Source: Alphaproteobacteria bacterium (GTDB taxonomy: Bacteria; Pseudomonadota; Alphaproteobacteria; CALKHQ01). Taken from it: a DNA stretch of 64,000 nucleotides. The position numbers and the translations under genes are program-made. Under the pieces are notes generated by a model. That model worked only from the letters and a program-made list of their open reading frames with translations, had not been told where the DNA came from and made no database searches. Location of the stretch: positions 2,272,001-2,336,000 of the forward strand of contig CBDDFZ010000001.1 in the NCBI GenBank assembly GCA_965227515.1, given 5' to 3'. Shown piece after piece: positions 36,708 to 45,374 of this stretch. Numbering within the stretch: the stretch's first letter is position 1; every line of letters begins with the position of its first letter.

Positions 36708-38474
36708 TTGACAAAGCAAGCGCCGCACATTCCAAGCCCGTCCGCAACCTCACGCTGCGCCGCCGTTCTGGCACTGGCGCTCGCCGGAGGCACGGTTGCG
36801 GCTGTACCGCCATCCGCCCTTGCCGTGGACTATGTGCAAAGCACGCCGCTGGCCGAACGCCTGGAAGGCTCAGTGCGCGATTGCCGTGGCGGCGACGAGT
36901 TGCAAGTGCCCCTGATCACCTGGGGCGCCGACATCCCGACCATTCATGCAAACGGCAATGGCGTCCGGACCCAGGACGGCAGCCTTTTCGACGCCGCCGG
37001 GCTGGAGGTCGAGTTGGTCCGCCAGGACAATTTCGTCGAGCAGGTCGAGGCCTATCTGCGCTGCGATTCGCCATTCCTGCGCGCGACGCTGGGCATGGTC
37101 GGCATGGTGTCCGATCTGGCCCAGGCCGATCCGCGCACCGAAATGGTGGTGATCTATCAGTTGAGCTGGTCGAACGGCGGCGACGCCCTGGTTGTCGACG
37201 AAGGCATCAACAAGCCGGAGGATCTGGCCGGACACACTATCGCGGTCCAGGCCTACGGCCCGCACGTCGACTACCTGTTGACGGTGGTCTCCGACGCCGG
37301 GCTCGGCGCGGACGACATCTCCATCGTCTGGGTCGAGGATCTGGTCGGCTTTTCCGGCAATACGCCCGCGGCGGCGTTCCAGTCCGACGACAGTGTCGAT
37401 GCGGCGATGGTGATCATTCCCGATGCGCTGGCGCTGACCAGCGGCGGCAATGTCGGCACCGGTTCGGAAGACAGCGTGCAGGGCGCTGAAATCCTGCTCT
37501 CCACCCGCAGCGCCAGCCGCGTCATCTCCGACGTCTATGTCGTGCGCCGCGACTTTCTGGAGGACAACCGCGACGTGGTCGAAGCCTTCGTCGCCAGCCT
37601 GATGAAGGCGGAGGAGGAGACCCGCGGCATCGTCAGTGCCGGCGGTGCGGAGGAAGAGGCGCTGATGCGGGCCGGGGCGGAGATCCTGCTCGATACCGAC
37701 GTCGCGATCGAGGATGCGCGCGCCTTGTGGCTGGACGCCGAGACCGTCGGCTGGGTCGGCAATGTGCGCTTCTTCGGCGATCCCAACTACCCGCGCAATT
37801 TGGAAGCGCTGAATGGCGAGATCCAGTCGCACCTGGTCAATCTGGGCATGCTGGAGACCAGCCACGCCCTGGACCACCCGCGCTGGGACTACGAGGCCCT
37901 GTCGGTCGGCCTGAGCGATACCGACGGCGTCGAGGTGCCGCGTTTCGACACCGACGCGCTGGCCCAGGTGGTGAGCCAGATGCAGGCGCAGGGCACCATC
38001 GGCGAGGGCACGCTGTTCTCGTTCGAGGTGTTCTTCCGGCCGAACCAAGACCAGTTCCCGCTGGAGGTCTACCAGGAGCAGTTCGAGCGGGTGATCGAGC
38101 TTGCCTCGACCTATGCCGGTGCGGTGATCACGGTTGAGGGCCACGCCGACCCGCTGGGCTATCTGCGCGCCAAGCAGGAAGGCCAGAGCCAGGTGGTGCT
38201 GAACCGGATGATCCAGAGTGCCCGCAACCTGAGCCTGCAGCGCGCCAATTCGGTGCGCGACAGCATCGTTCAGTTGGCCGAGGCGAACGGCATCTACCTG
38301 GACCGGTCGCAGTTCGTCACCGTCGGCATGGGCTTCCAGGACCCGAACACCGGCTTGTGTGGGCAGGACCCGTGCGCGCCGCAGACCGAGGAAGAATGGC
38401 TGTCGAACATGCGGGTGGTGTTCAACATCATCCAGGTCGAGGCCGAGGCGACGGTATTCTCGCCGCTGAATTGA
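36708..38474 (+). CDS. NitT/TauT-type substrate-binding domain fused to a C-terminal OmpA-like domain
   Basis: Signal peptide; PBP2-type motifs WSNGGDALVV and INKPEDLAGHTIAV; OmpA_C motifs VFFRPNQ, ITVEGHAD, NLSLQRANSVRD, TVGMG, NMRV. Confidence 0.85.
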   Translation: MTKQAPHIPSPSATSRCAAVLALALAGGTVAAVPPSALAVDYVQSTPLAERLEGSVRDCRGGDELQVPLITWGADIPTIHANGNGVRTQDGSLFDAAGLEVELVRQDNFVEQVEAYLRCDSPFLRATLGMVGMVSDLAQADPRTEMVVIYQLSWSNGGDALVVDEGINKPEDLAGHTIAVQAYGPHVDYLLTVVSDAGLGADDISIVWVEDLVGFSGNTPAAAFQSDDSVDAAMVIIPDALALTSGGNVGTGSEDSVQGAEILLSTRSASRVISDVYVVRRDFLEDNRDVVEAFVASLMKAEEETRGIVSAGGAEEEALMRAGAEILLDTDVAIEDARALWLDAETVGWVGNVRFFGDPNYPRNLEALNGEIQSHLVNLGMLETSHALDHPRWDYEALSVGLSDTDGVEVPRFDTDALAQVVSQMQAQGTIGEGTLFSFEVFFRPNQDQFPLEVYQEQFERVIELASTYAGAVITVEGHADPLGYLRAKQEGQSQVVLNRMIQSARNLSLQRANSVRDSIVQLAEANGIYLDRSQFVTVGMGFQDPNTGLCGQDPCAPQTEEEWLSNMRVVFNIIQVEAEATVFSPLN

Positions 38475-38548
38475 GTGCCGTGAGCCGTGCCCGGCGGTGC
38501 CCGGGTTCGTTCGAACAACGCTGTACCTCTCTGACTGAGGAGGTTTGA

Positions 38549-39394
38549 ATGGCGACTTCCCGACGACGCCCGCCGCCACGCCGGCAGGGCGCCAGCAAAC
38601 CCAAGGGCGGCATCGTGCCGATCGCGCTTGGGGCAGTGGCGGTCATCGCCATCTACGTGTTCTTCCAGGACGATGGCGGCAGCGGGGGCGGCTCGTCCTC
38701 CAGCAACCAGGCGCTGCGGGACATTCCGGCACCGTCCCTGGCTTCCTATGCGAGCTGGGGGGCGGCAGCCCAGGACGACGACAGCGACGCGGCGCCGGTG
38801 CTGGAGGCCAGCCTGCTGCGGACCAACTACTACGTGGTCTACGACGGCTCCGGCTCGATGGGCGAGAGCCGGTGTTCCGGCGACCTGACCAAGGAACAGG
38901 CGGCCAAGCAGGCGCTCGAAGCCTTTGCGGCGGCGGTGCCGGCCGATGCGAATCTGGGGCTGCTGGCGTTCGACAGCGCCGGCGTCACCGAGCGCGTGCC
39001 GCTCGGCATCGACAACCGCGAGGACTTCAATGCCGCCTTGCAGCGGGTGCGGTCGGACAGTGAAACCCCGCTCGGCCAGGCGATCGGGCTCGCCTACCAG
39101 CGGCTGCTGGACCAGGCGCAGCGCCAGCTCGGCTATGGCGAGTACAATCTGGTCGTGGTCACCGATGGCGAGGCGTCGGACATCAACACCATGAACACCA
39201 ACGTGCGCAACATCCTCAGCGGCACGCCCATCACCATCCACACCATCGGCTTTTGCATCGACGAGAGCCATGCGCTCAACCTGCCGGAGCACACGTTCTA
39301 CCGATCGGCGATGGCGCCGGAAGAGTTGCTGACCGGCCTGGAAGCGGTCCTGGCCGAAAGCCCGGACTTCCAGGTCACCGATTTCGAATCCTAG
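38549..39394 (+). CDS. Membrane-anchored von Willebrand factor A domain protein
   Basis: N-terminal TM; MIDAS motif VVYDGSGSM, then ETPLG, VVVTDGE, IHTIGF; GAGGAGG RBS. Confidence 0.9.
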   Translation: MATSRRRPPPRRQGASKPKGGIVPIALGAVAVIAIYVFFQDDGGSGGGSSSSNQALRDIPAPSLASYASWGAAAQDDDSDAAPVLEASLLRTNYYVVYDGSGSMGESRCSGDLTKEQAAKQALEAFAAAVPADANLGLLAFDSAGVTERVPLGIDNREDFNAALQRVRSDSETPLGQAIGLAYQRLLDQAQRQLGYGEYNLVVVTDGEASDINTMNTNVRNILSGTPITIHTIGFCIDESHALNLPEHTFYRSAMAPEELLTGLEAVLAESPDFQVTDFES

Positions 39395-39406
39395 GCCCGG
39401 GTTGCC

Positions 39407-39847
39407 ATGCGTCGACTGAAACTGAAGCAGTATATCGGGCTCGCCATCCTGGCCGCGGTCGTGGCGGTGGTCGCGGTGCAGTCCTACCTGACGGTCGCCA
39501 GTTTCGAGCAGTCGTGGCGCATCAGCTTCGTGCGCGGCGCCGAACTGCCCGACAGCAGCGGCACCACCATCGACGAGATCGCGGCGATATTGGCCGGCGA
39601 CGAGGACCTGGTGGTGACCATCGAGGGGCACACCGGCACCCGTGGCGACGCCGATGCCAACATGACGCTGAGCGAGGACCGGGCGGACGTGGTGCGCGAT
39701 GCCCTGGTCGACGAAGGCGTGGCGCCGGAGCGCATTCTGGTCGAGGCCCATGGCGCCGAGGAGCCGTTGCCGCAGTTGGACAACGAGGCTGACCGTGCCT
39801 ACCAGATGCGGCTCAGCCGCGTCGATGTCCTGGTGGCCGAACCCTGA
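39407..39847 (+). CDS. Small membrane-anchored OmpA-family protein
   Basis: N-terminal TM; VTIEGHTGTRGDADANMTLSEDRADVVRDALVDEGVAPERI...HGAEEP..RVDV. Confidence 0.88.
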   Translation: MRRLKLKQYIGLAILAAVVAVVAVQSYLTVASFEQSWRISFVRGAELPDSSGTTIDEIAAILAGDEDLVVTIEGHTGTRGDADANMTLSEDRADVVRDALVDEGVAPERILVEAHGAEEPLPQLDNEADRAYQMRLSRVDVLVAEP

Positions 39848-39853
39848 TCGGCC

Positions 39854-40555
39854 ATGCCCCGCAACGCACAACTCCACTGGCGGCACTGGAATCCCGGCCT
39901 CGACAATGACCACTGGACCTTGGGCGAGGTGCTGGGCACCTTGCCGGGCGCGGAGGCGGTGGAGATTCCGTGGATCATCCGGGTGCTGGAGAACCCGTCG
40001 TCCTGGGTCGCCCTGCCCGGCGCCATCACGCTGGCACGCCATGACGCCATCCATGTGCTGCTGGGGCGCGGGCTGACGGTGCAGGACGAGGCCTTCGTCA
40101 TCGGTTTCACCATGGGGGCGACCAAACGGCTGCGGCGCTGGCAGCGGAAGTTTTTTGCCTGGGCGTCATCCCGGCTCTATCCCAAGGTCTACCGCTTCTC
40201 CGAGAAGGACCTGATCGTCTACGAGATGGGCGTCAACGCGGCCGAGCAGATGCGCGCCAAGGACCTGCAGGACTTCCCGTTCGAGGACCATCAGGGCGAC
40301 ACGCTGCGCGACCTGCGCCAGAGCCTGGGCATCGACCCGCATCGCCTGCGCGCCTACTACGCCAAGGAGCGGCTGGTGCGGCCGGTCAGCAAGACCTCCA
40401 AGCGGCTGGATACGGACTTCGGCGGCCTGGACGCCACCGACATCCGCCCGCCGGAGGGCGAGGCATCGACATGGAAGCGTGCGCCCAAGAAGAAGGCGGC
40501 GTCATCCGCGCCCGCGGACATTGGCTCCAGCGAGACAACGGGGGGCTCGTCATGA
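39854..40555 (+). CDS. Hypothetical protein with a Coq4-like HDxxH-x11-E metal-binding motif
   Basis: HDAIH-VLLGRGLTVQD-E matches the Coq4 spacing exactly; later TLRDLRQSLGI resembles the Coq4 C-terminal helix. Confidence 0.7.
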   Translation: MPRNAQLHWRHWNPGLDNDHWTLGEVLGTLPGAEAVEIPWIIRVLENPSSWVALPGAITLARHDAIHVLLGRGLTVQDEAFVIGFTMGATKRLRRWQRKFFAWASSRLYPKVYRFSEKDLIVYEMGVNAAEQMRAKDLQDFPFEDHQGDTLRDLRQSLGIDPHRLRAYYAKERLVRPVSKTSKRLDTDFGGLDATDIRPPEGEASTWKRAPKKKAASSAPADIGSSETTGGSS

Positions 40556-41184
40556 AGCTGGATTCGACCGGCATCGCCACCTGGCGCGTGCTGCCCATCC
40601 TGGAGGTCGGCAACGGCCTGTTCAGCGCGGCGATCTTCTTGGTCGCGCACTATGTGGCGGAGAACCCGATCTGGCTGGCCGCACTCCTGGGCCTGGCGAC
40701 CTGGGGCGGGTTCCGGCTGGCGTTCGGCACCGACCCCACGCTCTCCGACCTGTTGCCGCCGGTGGAGGGCATGTCGGCCGCACGGGCTTTGCAGATACTG
40801 GCCGAGGCACGGGCAAAGATTCAGCACATCGACAGCGCCAACGCCGAGATTCCGTGCCCGGAGCTGACCGAGCGCCTGCACCGCATCTGCGGGTCGGCCT
40901 CGCGCATCGTCGACCAGTTGCAGCAGGACCCGTCCGACCTGCGGCGCTCGCAGACGTTCCTGAACACATACCTGGACAGTGCGAGCAAGGTGGCGGCCAA
41001 GTACGCGCACCTGGACAGCCGCGGTGGCACCATTCACCTGGAGGAGCGGTTCGCCAACCTGCTCGGCACCATCGAGGACGCGTTCGACCGCCAGTACAAG
41101 CGCCTGCTCAGCGACGACCAGCTCGACCTCGACGTCGAGATCGAATTGCTGGAGAAGCAGATCACCCGCGAAGGGCTGGCCTGA
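40552..41184 (+). CDS. XpaC-like (5-bromo-4-chloroindolyl phosphate hydrolysis family) membrane protein
   Basis: ATGA overlap at 40552; two N-terminal TMs; DPSDLRRSQTFLNTYLD..KY...LLSDDQLDLDVEIELLEKQI C-terminal signature. Confidence 0.82.
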   Translation: MKLDSTGIATWRVLPILEVGNGLFSAAIFLVAHYVAENPIWLAALLGLATWGGFRLAFGTDPTLSDLLPPVEGMSAARALQILAEARAKIQHIDSANAEIPCPELTERLHRICGSASRIVDQLQQDPSDLRRSQTFLNTYLDSASKVAAKYAHLDSRGGTIHLEERFANLLGTIEDAFDRQYKRLLSDDQLDLDVEIELLEKQITREGLA

Positions 41185-41343
41185 GCGCGGGCATGTGCCC
41201 ATGTGGTTGCTGTCCATCGGTGTGTGGCTATATGGCATTTTGCCATTTGGTAGAATGAATCTTGGTGAACAAGCGCAATTTGAGGTGTGTTGCATTTATT
41301 GAATTAACAACAAATCAAGCCAAATATAAACCAGATTGCAGCC

Positions 41344-42543
41344 ATGAAAATATCTTCACCACCAGTTGTGTATCTTGATTCTCAGGATTACTCAAGATTC
41401 GGTGATGTATTGAGAGGCAAAGCGGATTCGGCCACCGAAAGTTTGTTTGAGTCGCTAGAAGCGCGAAAGCAGGGCGGTGACGTCATTTTTGCTGTTTCAA
41501 TGCCGATTCTTAGTGAATTATTGCAGTATAATTCCAATTTTCGTGAAACCACGATCAGGAAGGCAGAGGCGGTCGACCGACTATGTGGTAAATGGGCTCT
41601 TGCATATCCATCCCGATTAGTCGCAGCTGAGATCGCTACCGAAGTGAATGCGCGTGGCCTTGCCTCGGTTTCGATGCCCCCTCCGGTATTGTCTGATAAT
41701 CGATATTGGTATCCAAATATATCTGATACTTTTGCCGACTTGGAAAAGAGGTTCAAAGGCGACCTGGATGCCCACATGGCTTCGACTTCGTTTCCATCTA
41801 GGGCTATTAGAAGAGCCGCGCATAGTAGATTTCGAAAACTCAACATTCCTCGGATGGCGAGCGCTGCCGCTCCTTTGTTGGCGGATAAATATGGTTTGCC
41901 CAAGGAAGCAATAACCGGGTCTATCGTAGCCCTACTGCGCGGAAAAACAACCCCAGCGGAGGCTAGTGAGTGTTTTTTTGGTGCAATTGCCAAACCGCAA
42001 AATTTTGTTGAAACCTATTTTGAGAGAACTAATAATGAAAAATCTTTGCCTGATTGGATGAAAAATTTTGGAAATAGTTTTGAGAAGATATTTACGCAGA
42101 TGCGCGACAACATTCTTGAACTGAAGAAGATTGATGATGTCGATCATTATATTGACTCTTTTGTGTCGAGTCAAAGTTCTAGACTTCACAATGTGATCTT
42201 GGATTTCGGCAGATCAGACTTCCTAGAATGTGGGATTAATAAGAATATTGAAGAGATTATTAAAGGCAGTTCTGATTTTCTTGAGCATGTTCCATCATGC
42301 AATATCTTTTCGAGGATTATTCCAGGATATATAAGACAAATTGCTGGGATGGAGGGAGGCGCCGCAAAAGTTGAGCGAAGCTTTGGGGGAGATGTAATTC
42401 ACGCGCTTTATGCTAAACATGTTCATCTTTGGCGAGGAGATAGGAGATTTTCCCATCTATTAAAAAAGACAAACCCTGACCTTAGTGAAAAAGTTGTATC
42501 TAAACTGTCGGAACTACCTGCAGCTATTGATAATTTTAGTTGA
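41344..42543 (+). CDS. AT-rich, probably horizontally acquired protein with a PIN-like nuclease motif pattern
   Basis: VVYLDSQDY, VSMPILSELL, GDVIHALYA and LWRGDRRF reproduce the four acidic PIN positions, with a large insertion; codon usage is clearly unlike the flanking genes. Confidence 0.7.
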   Translation: MKISSPPVVYLDSQDYSRFGDVLRGKADSATESLFESLEARKQGGDVIFAVSMPILSELLQYNSNFRETTIRKAEAVDRLCGKWALAYPSRLVAAEIATEVNARGLASVSMPPPVLSDNRYWYPNISDTFADLEKRFKGDLDAHMASTSFPSRAIRRAAHSRFRKLNIPRMASAAAPLLADKYGLPKEAITGSIVALLRGKTTPAEASECFFGAIAKPQNFVETYFERTNNEKSLPDWMKNFGNSFEKIFTQMRDNILELKKIDDVDHYIDSFVSSQSSRLHNVILDFGRSDFLECGINKNIEEIIKGSSDFLEHVPSCNIFSRIIPGYIRQIAGMEGGAAKVERSFGGDVIHALYAKHVHLWRGDRRFSHLLKKTNPDLSEKVVSKLSELPAAIDNFS

Positions 42544-42677
42544 TAGGCAGTCTCGAAATCCAAATGTCAAAATGTTCGGTCCAGATTTCTGTAGATGGTG
42601 GCTAGGCTGGCTTGCGCTATGGGGCGTATCGGCGTTGCAGACATATCCGCCGTTCTATTTATTATTCGAACTCTTTG

Positions 42678-44156
42678 TCATTGATCGAAATAGGCTGCGG
42701 CGCCGGCGTGCAGCGGTATGTCGATGCCCTCTCGCGCGTGGCTGACGGAGATGCGGGTGCCCTGCAGGCTGCCGAGGTTGAGGAAGTTCATTTCCTCGAA
42801 GGTCGCGGTCAGCAGGGCGGCCACTTCGGCGTCAGGCATCGACTTGAGCGCAACCATCAGCGCGGTTGCCGTCACCGTTTGCACAGGCGCGTCCTGGCGG
42901 TGGTAGCTGCCACGCGGAATCGCATAGACCAGCAGTCCGGGTAACTCCGCGGCCACGGCTTCGGCGATCGCGGTGTCCAGGGCGACCAGCCGCGCGTCGT
43001 GGGTCGCCATGAAATCGCGGATCACGCTCGCCGAGACACCGATTGTCGCGAACACGGCATCGGTCTCGCCACGCGCCAGCGCGGACAGCGCCTCCGGCAG
43101 CGCGCGCCCCTCCACGCCCGCCAGGTTTGAATCGTCCAGGCCGTGAGCGCCGAGAATCGCCAGCGCGTTGCCGCGCGTGCCGGACCCGAGCGGGCCAATG
43201 TCGACCCTGCGTCCCATCATGTCGGCGACCGTGTCGATGCCGGACTCCGCCAGGACAACGACATGCACCGGCTCCGGGTACAGTGTCGCCAGCGCCCTCA
43301 GGTCCTCCATCGGCCCATCTCCGGCAAACGGGCCTTCGCCGCGATACGCCTGTCCGGCGACGTCGCTCTGTATCAGCGCCACGTCGGCCTCGCCGCTGGC
43401 CAGCACGCGCGCATTCTCCACCGAGCCATTGGTCACCCGGTTCGCCACCCGGATGCCGCGCCTGTTCAGAAACCGGACGTAGGCGCGGGCGAGCTGCCAG
43501 TACTCGCCCGATAGCGGTCCGCTGGCCACGACGTAGAGCGCGTTGATCCGTTCGAGCCGCTGCTGAATGTTCCACCACGCCGCTTCGAGTTCGGATGCCA
43601 CGACGGTGCCTTCGGGTCCGGTCAGGTCGAGGTCCGGGTCCTGCATCATCGCGCCGATCTGGTCGAGCAGCGCGACGGCGCGGCTGGGTGCGGCGACATT
43701 GTCGAACGGGCCGGGCGCCATCTCCTCCTCGGCACCGACATAGGCCAGGGGCGCCCAGGTGCCGTCGCTCAGGCGATACCGCATCGAGCCGTGGACTTGC
43801 AGGCTGTCCCCCGTGGCATTGCCGTCCCGCGCGATGCCGAACAGCCCATGCTCGGCCGCGCCCAGAAGGTCGGCCAAGGCGGCGATGCCAGGGCTGTCCC
43901 AGGCGGCGAGGTCGTAGTCGCGCGTCAGCGTCAATTCGGCGTCGAAGTAGAGGATGGCGGCCTCTTCGCCATTGACGCTTGCCTCCGGCGCGCTGCCGGC
44001 CCGGCGCAGCCAGGCCAATTCGAACAGCCCCGATGCGAAGCCATCGAGCCGCGCCTGCAAGTCGTCAGCCAGTTGCGCCTCGTCGGGCCCGCGCGCGCAG
44101 CCGGCGACCGCGATTGCCGCGAGGAGCATGATCACAAAGGTCCGCAACATCGCCAT
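42678..44156 (-). CDS. TAXI-family solute-binding lipoprotein with an extra N-terminal domain
   Basis: Lipobox AVAGC; TAXI motifs ASGPLSGEY, TNGSVENA, ALIQSDVA, LYPEPVHVV, VDIGPLGSGTR, IPLHAGAAAYF; ATG 44156 overlaps the gltS stop (TGATG). Confidence 0.88.
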   Translation of the reverse strand: MAMLRTFVIMLLAAIAVAGCARGPDEAQLADDLQARLDGFASGLFELAWLRRAGSAPEASVNGEEAAILYFDAELTLTRDYDLAAWDSPGIAALADLLGAAEHGLFGIARDGNATGDSLQVHGSMRYRLSDGTWAPLAYVGAEEEMAPGPFDNVAAPSRAVALLDQIGAMMQDPDLDLTGPEGTVVASELEAAWWNIQQRLERINALYVVASGPLSGEYWQLARAYVRFLNRRGIRVANRVTNGSVENARVLASGEADVALIQSDVAGQAYRGEGPFAGDGPMEDLRALATLYPEPVHVVVLAESGIDTVADMMGRRVDIGPLGSGTRGNALAILGAHGLDDSNLAGVEGRALPEALSALARGETDAVFATIGVSASVIRDFMATHDARLVALDTAIAEAVAAELPGLLVYAIPRGSYHRQDAPVQTVTATALMVALKSMPDAEVAALLTATFEEMNFLNLGSLQGTRISVSHAREGIDIPLHAGAAAYFDQ

Positions 44157-45367
44157 CACGGGAACCCGAACAGCGGCAAGGCCATGTAGCCGCTGAGCAC
44201 CAGTGCGTTGACGAGGTCGATGAAGAAGGCCCCCGTCAGCGGAATGACGATGAACGCCGCGGGCGACGGCCCGTAGCGGCGGGTGACGGCCTGCATGTTG
44301 GCGACCGCGGTCGGCGTCGCCCCCATCCCGAACCCGCAATGGCCGCCGCTGATCACCGCCGCGTCGTAATCGCGGCCCATCAGGCGGAAGGTCACGAAGC
44401 CGGCGAACAGTACCATGGTCGCGGTCTGGGCGGCGAGCACCGCCAGCAGCGGCCCGGCCAGGCTCGCCAGTTCCCACAGCCTGAGCGCCATCAGGGACAT
44501 CGCGAGAAACAGCGACAGCGAGACCGACCCGACCAGATCGACGCTCGGCATGTGCGGGCGGGCGTGGCCGACGGCATCGGCCAGGTTTCGGATGGCGACG
44601 CCGATCAGCAGTGCCCAGACGAAGGAGGGCAGGGTGAAGCTGCTTTCGGCGAACAGCCCGGCCAGCAAGGTTCCCAGCGACAGGCACAGCGCGATGACGA
44701 AGATCGTCCACAGCAGGGTATTCGGCGAGACCTCCATGCTGTCGGCCTCGCCGGTGTCGCCGGCCGCGTCGTCCGCGCCTTCGGCCTCTTCGGGCGCGAG
44801 GTTGCGCCGCGCGATCAGCCACTGCGACAGAGGACCGCCGATCAAGCCGCCGATGATCAGCCCGAAGGTCGCGGAGGCCATTGCGAGTTCCATGGCGCCG
44901 CGCAGGTTCTGCACGTCGGCGAAACGCTCGGCATACGCCGCCCCGGTGCCGTGTCCGCCGGACAGCGTGATCGAGCTGGAAAGCAGCCCGACCAGCGGAT
45001 GCAGGTCCAGCATCAGCGCGGCACCGATGCCGATGGCATTCTGCGCCACCAGGAACAGGGCGGCGGCGACCAGGAACAGCGCCAGTCGAGCACCGCCGTG
45101 GGCCAGCCGCTTGAGGTCGGCGCCCAGGCCGATGGTGATGAAGAACGCCATCATCAAGGGGCTTCTGAGCCCCATGTCGAAGACGATTTCGACGTCGGCC
45201 GCCAGGAACAGCACCGTCGTCAGTATGGCGAACACCAGGCCACCGACCACCGGCACCGGGATGTTGAAGTGCTCCAGCGGCCTAATGCGGCGCCGGACCA
45301 GCACGCCGACGAACAGGACGGCGATGGCGACAACCAGCGTCTGTATGGGATCGAGATCGAAGTGCAT
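44156..45367 (-). CDS. gltS: Sodium/glutamate symporter
   Basis: NIPVPVVGG, FFITIGL, ITLSGGHGTG, ATFGLIIGGLIGGP, GRDYDAAV, CGFGMGATPTAVANM, GAFFIDLVNA. Confidence 0.95.
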   Translation of the reverse strand: MHFDLDPIQTLVVAIAVLFVGVLVRRRIRPLEHFNIPVPVVGGLVFAILTTVLFLAADVEIVFDMGLRSPLMMAFFITIGLGADLKRLAHGGARLALFLVAAALFLVAQNAIGIGAALMLDLHPLVGLLSSSITLSGGHGTGAAYAERFADVQNLRGAMELAMASATFGLIIGGLIGGPLSQWLIARRNLAPEEAEGADDAAGDTGEADSMEVSPNTLLWTIFVIALCLSLGTLLAGLFAESSFTLPSFVWALLIGVAIRNLADAVGHARPHMPSVDLVGSVSLSLFLAMSLMALRLWELASLAGPLLAVLAAQTATMVLFAGFVTFRLMGRDYDAAVISGGHCGFGMGATPTAVANMQAVTRRYGPSPAAFIVIPLTGAFFIDLVNALVLSGYMALPLFGFP

Positions 45368-45374
45368 GCGGGGT

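Noticed and set aside
36297-36711. Small ORFs as a transposase remnant
   Set aside because: No DDE or HTH motifs; only the terminal repeats support IS origin.
42678-44822. 714-aa ORF suggesting a GltS-TAXI fusion
   Set aside because: The first roughly 220 codons are an alternative frame inside gltS with low-complexity Arg/Gly composition; the real start is at the lipoprotein signal (44156).
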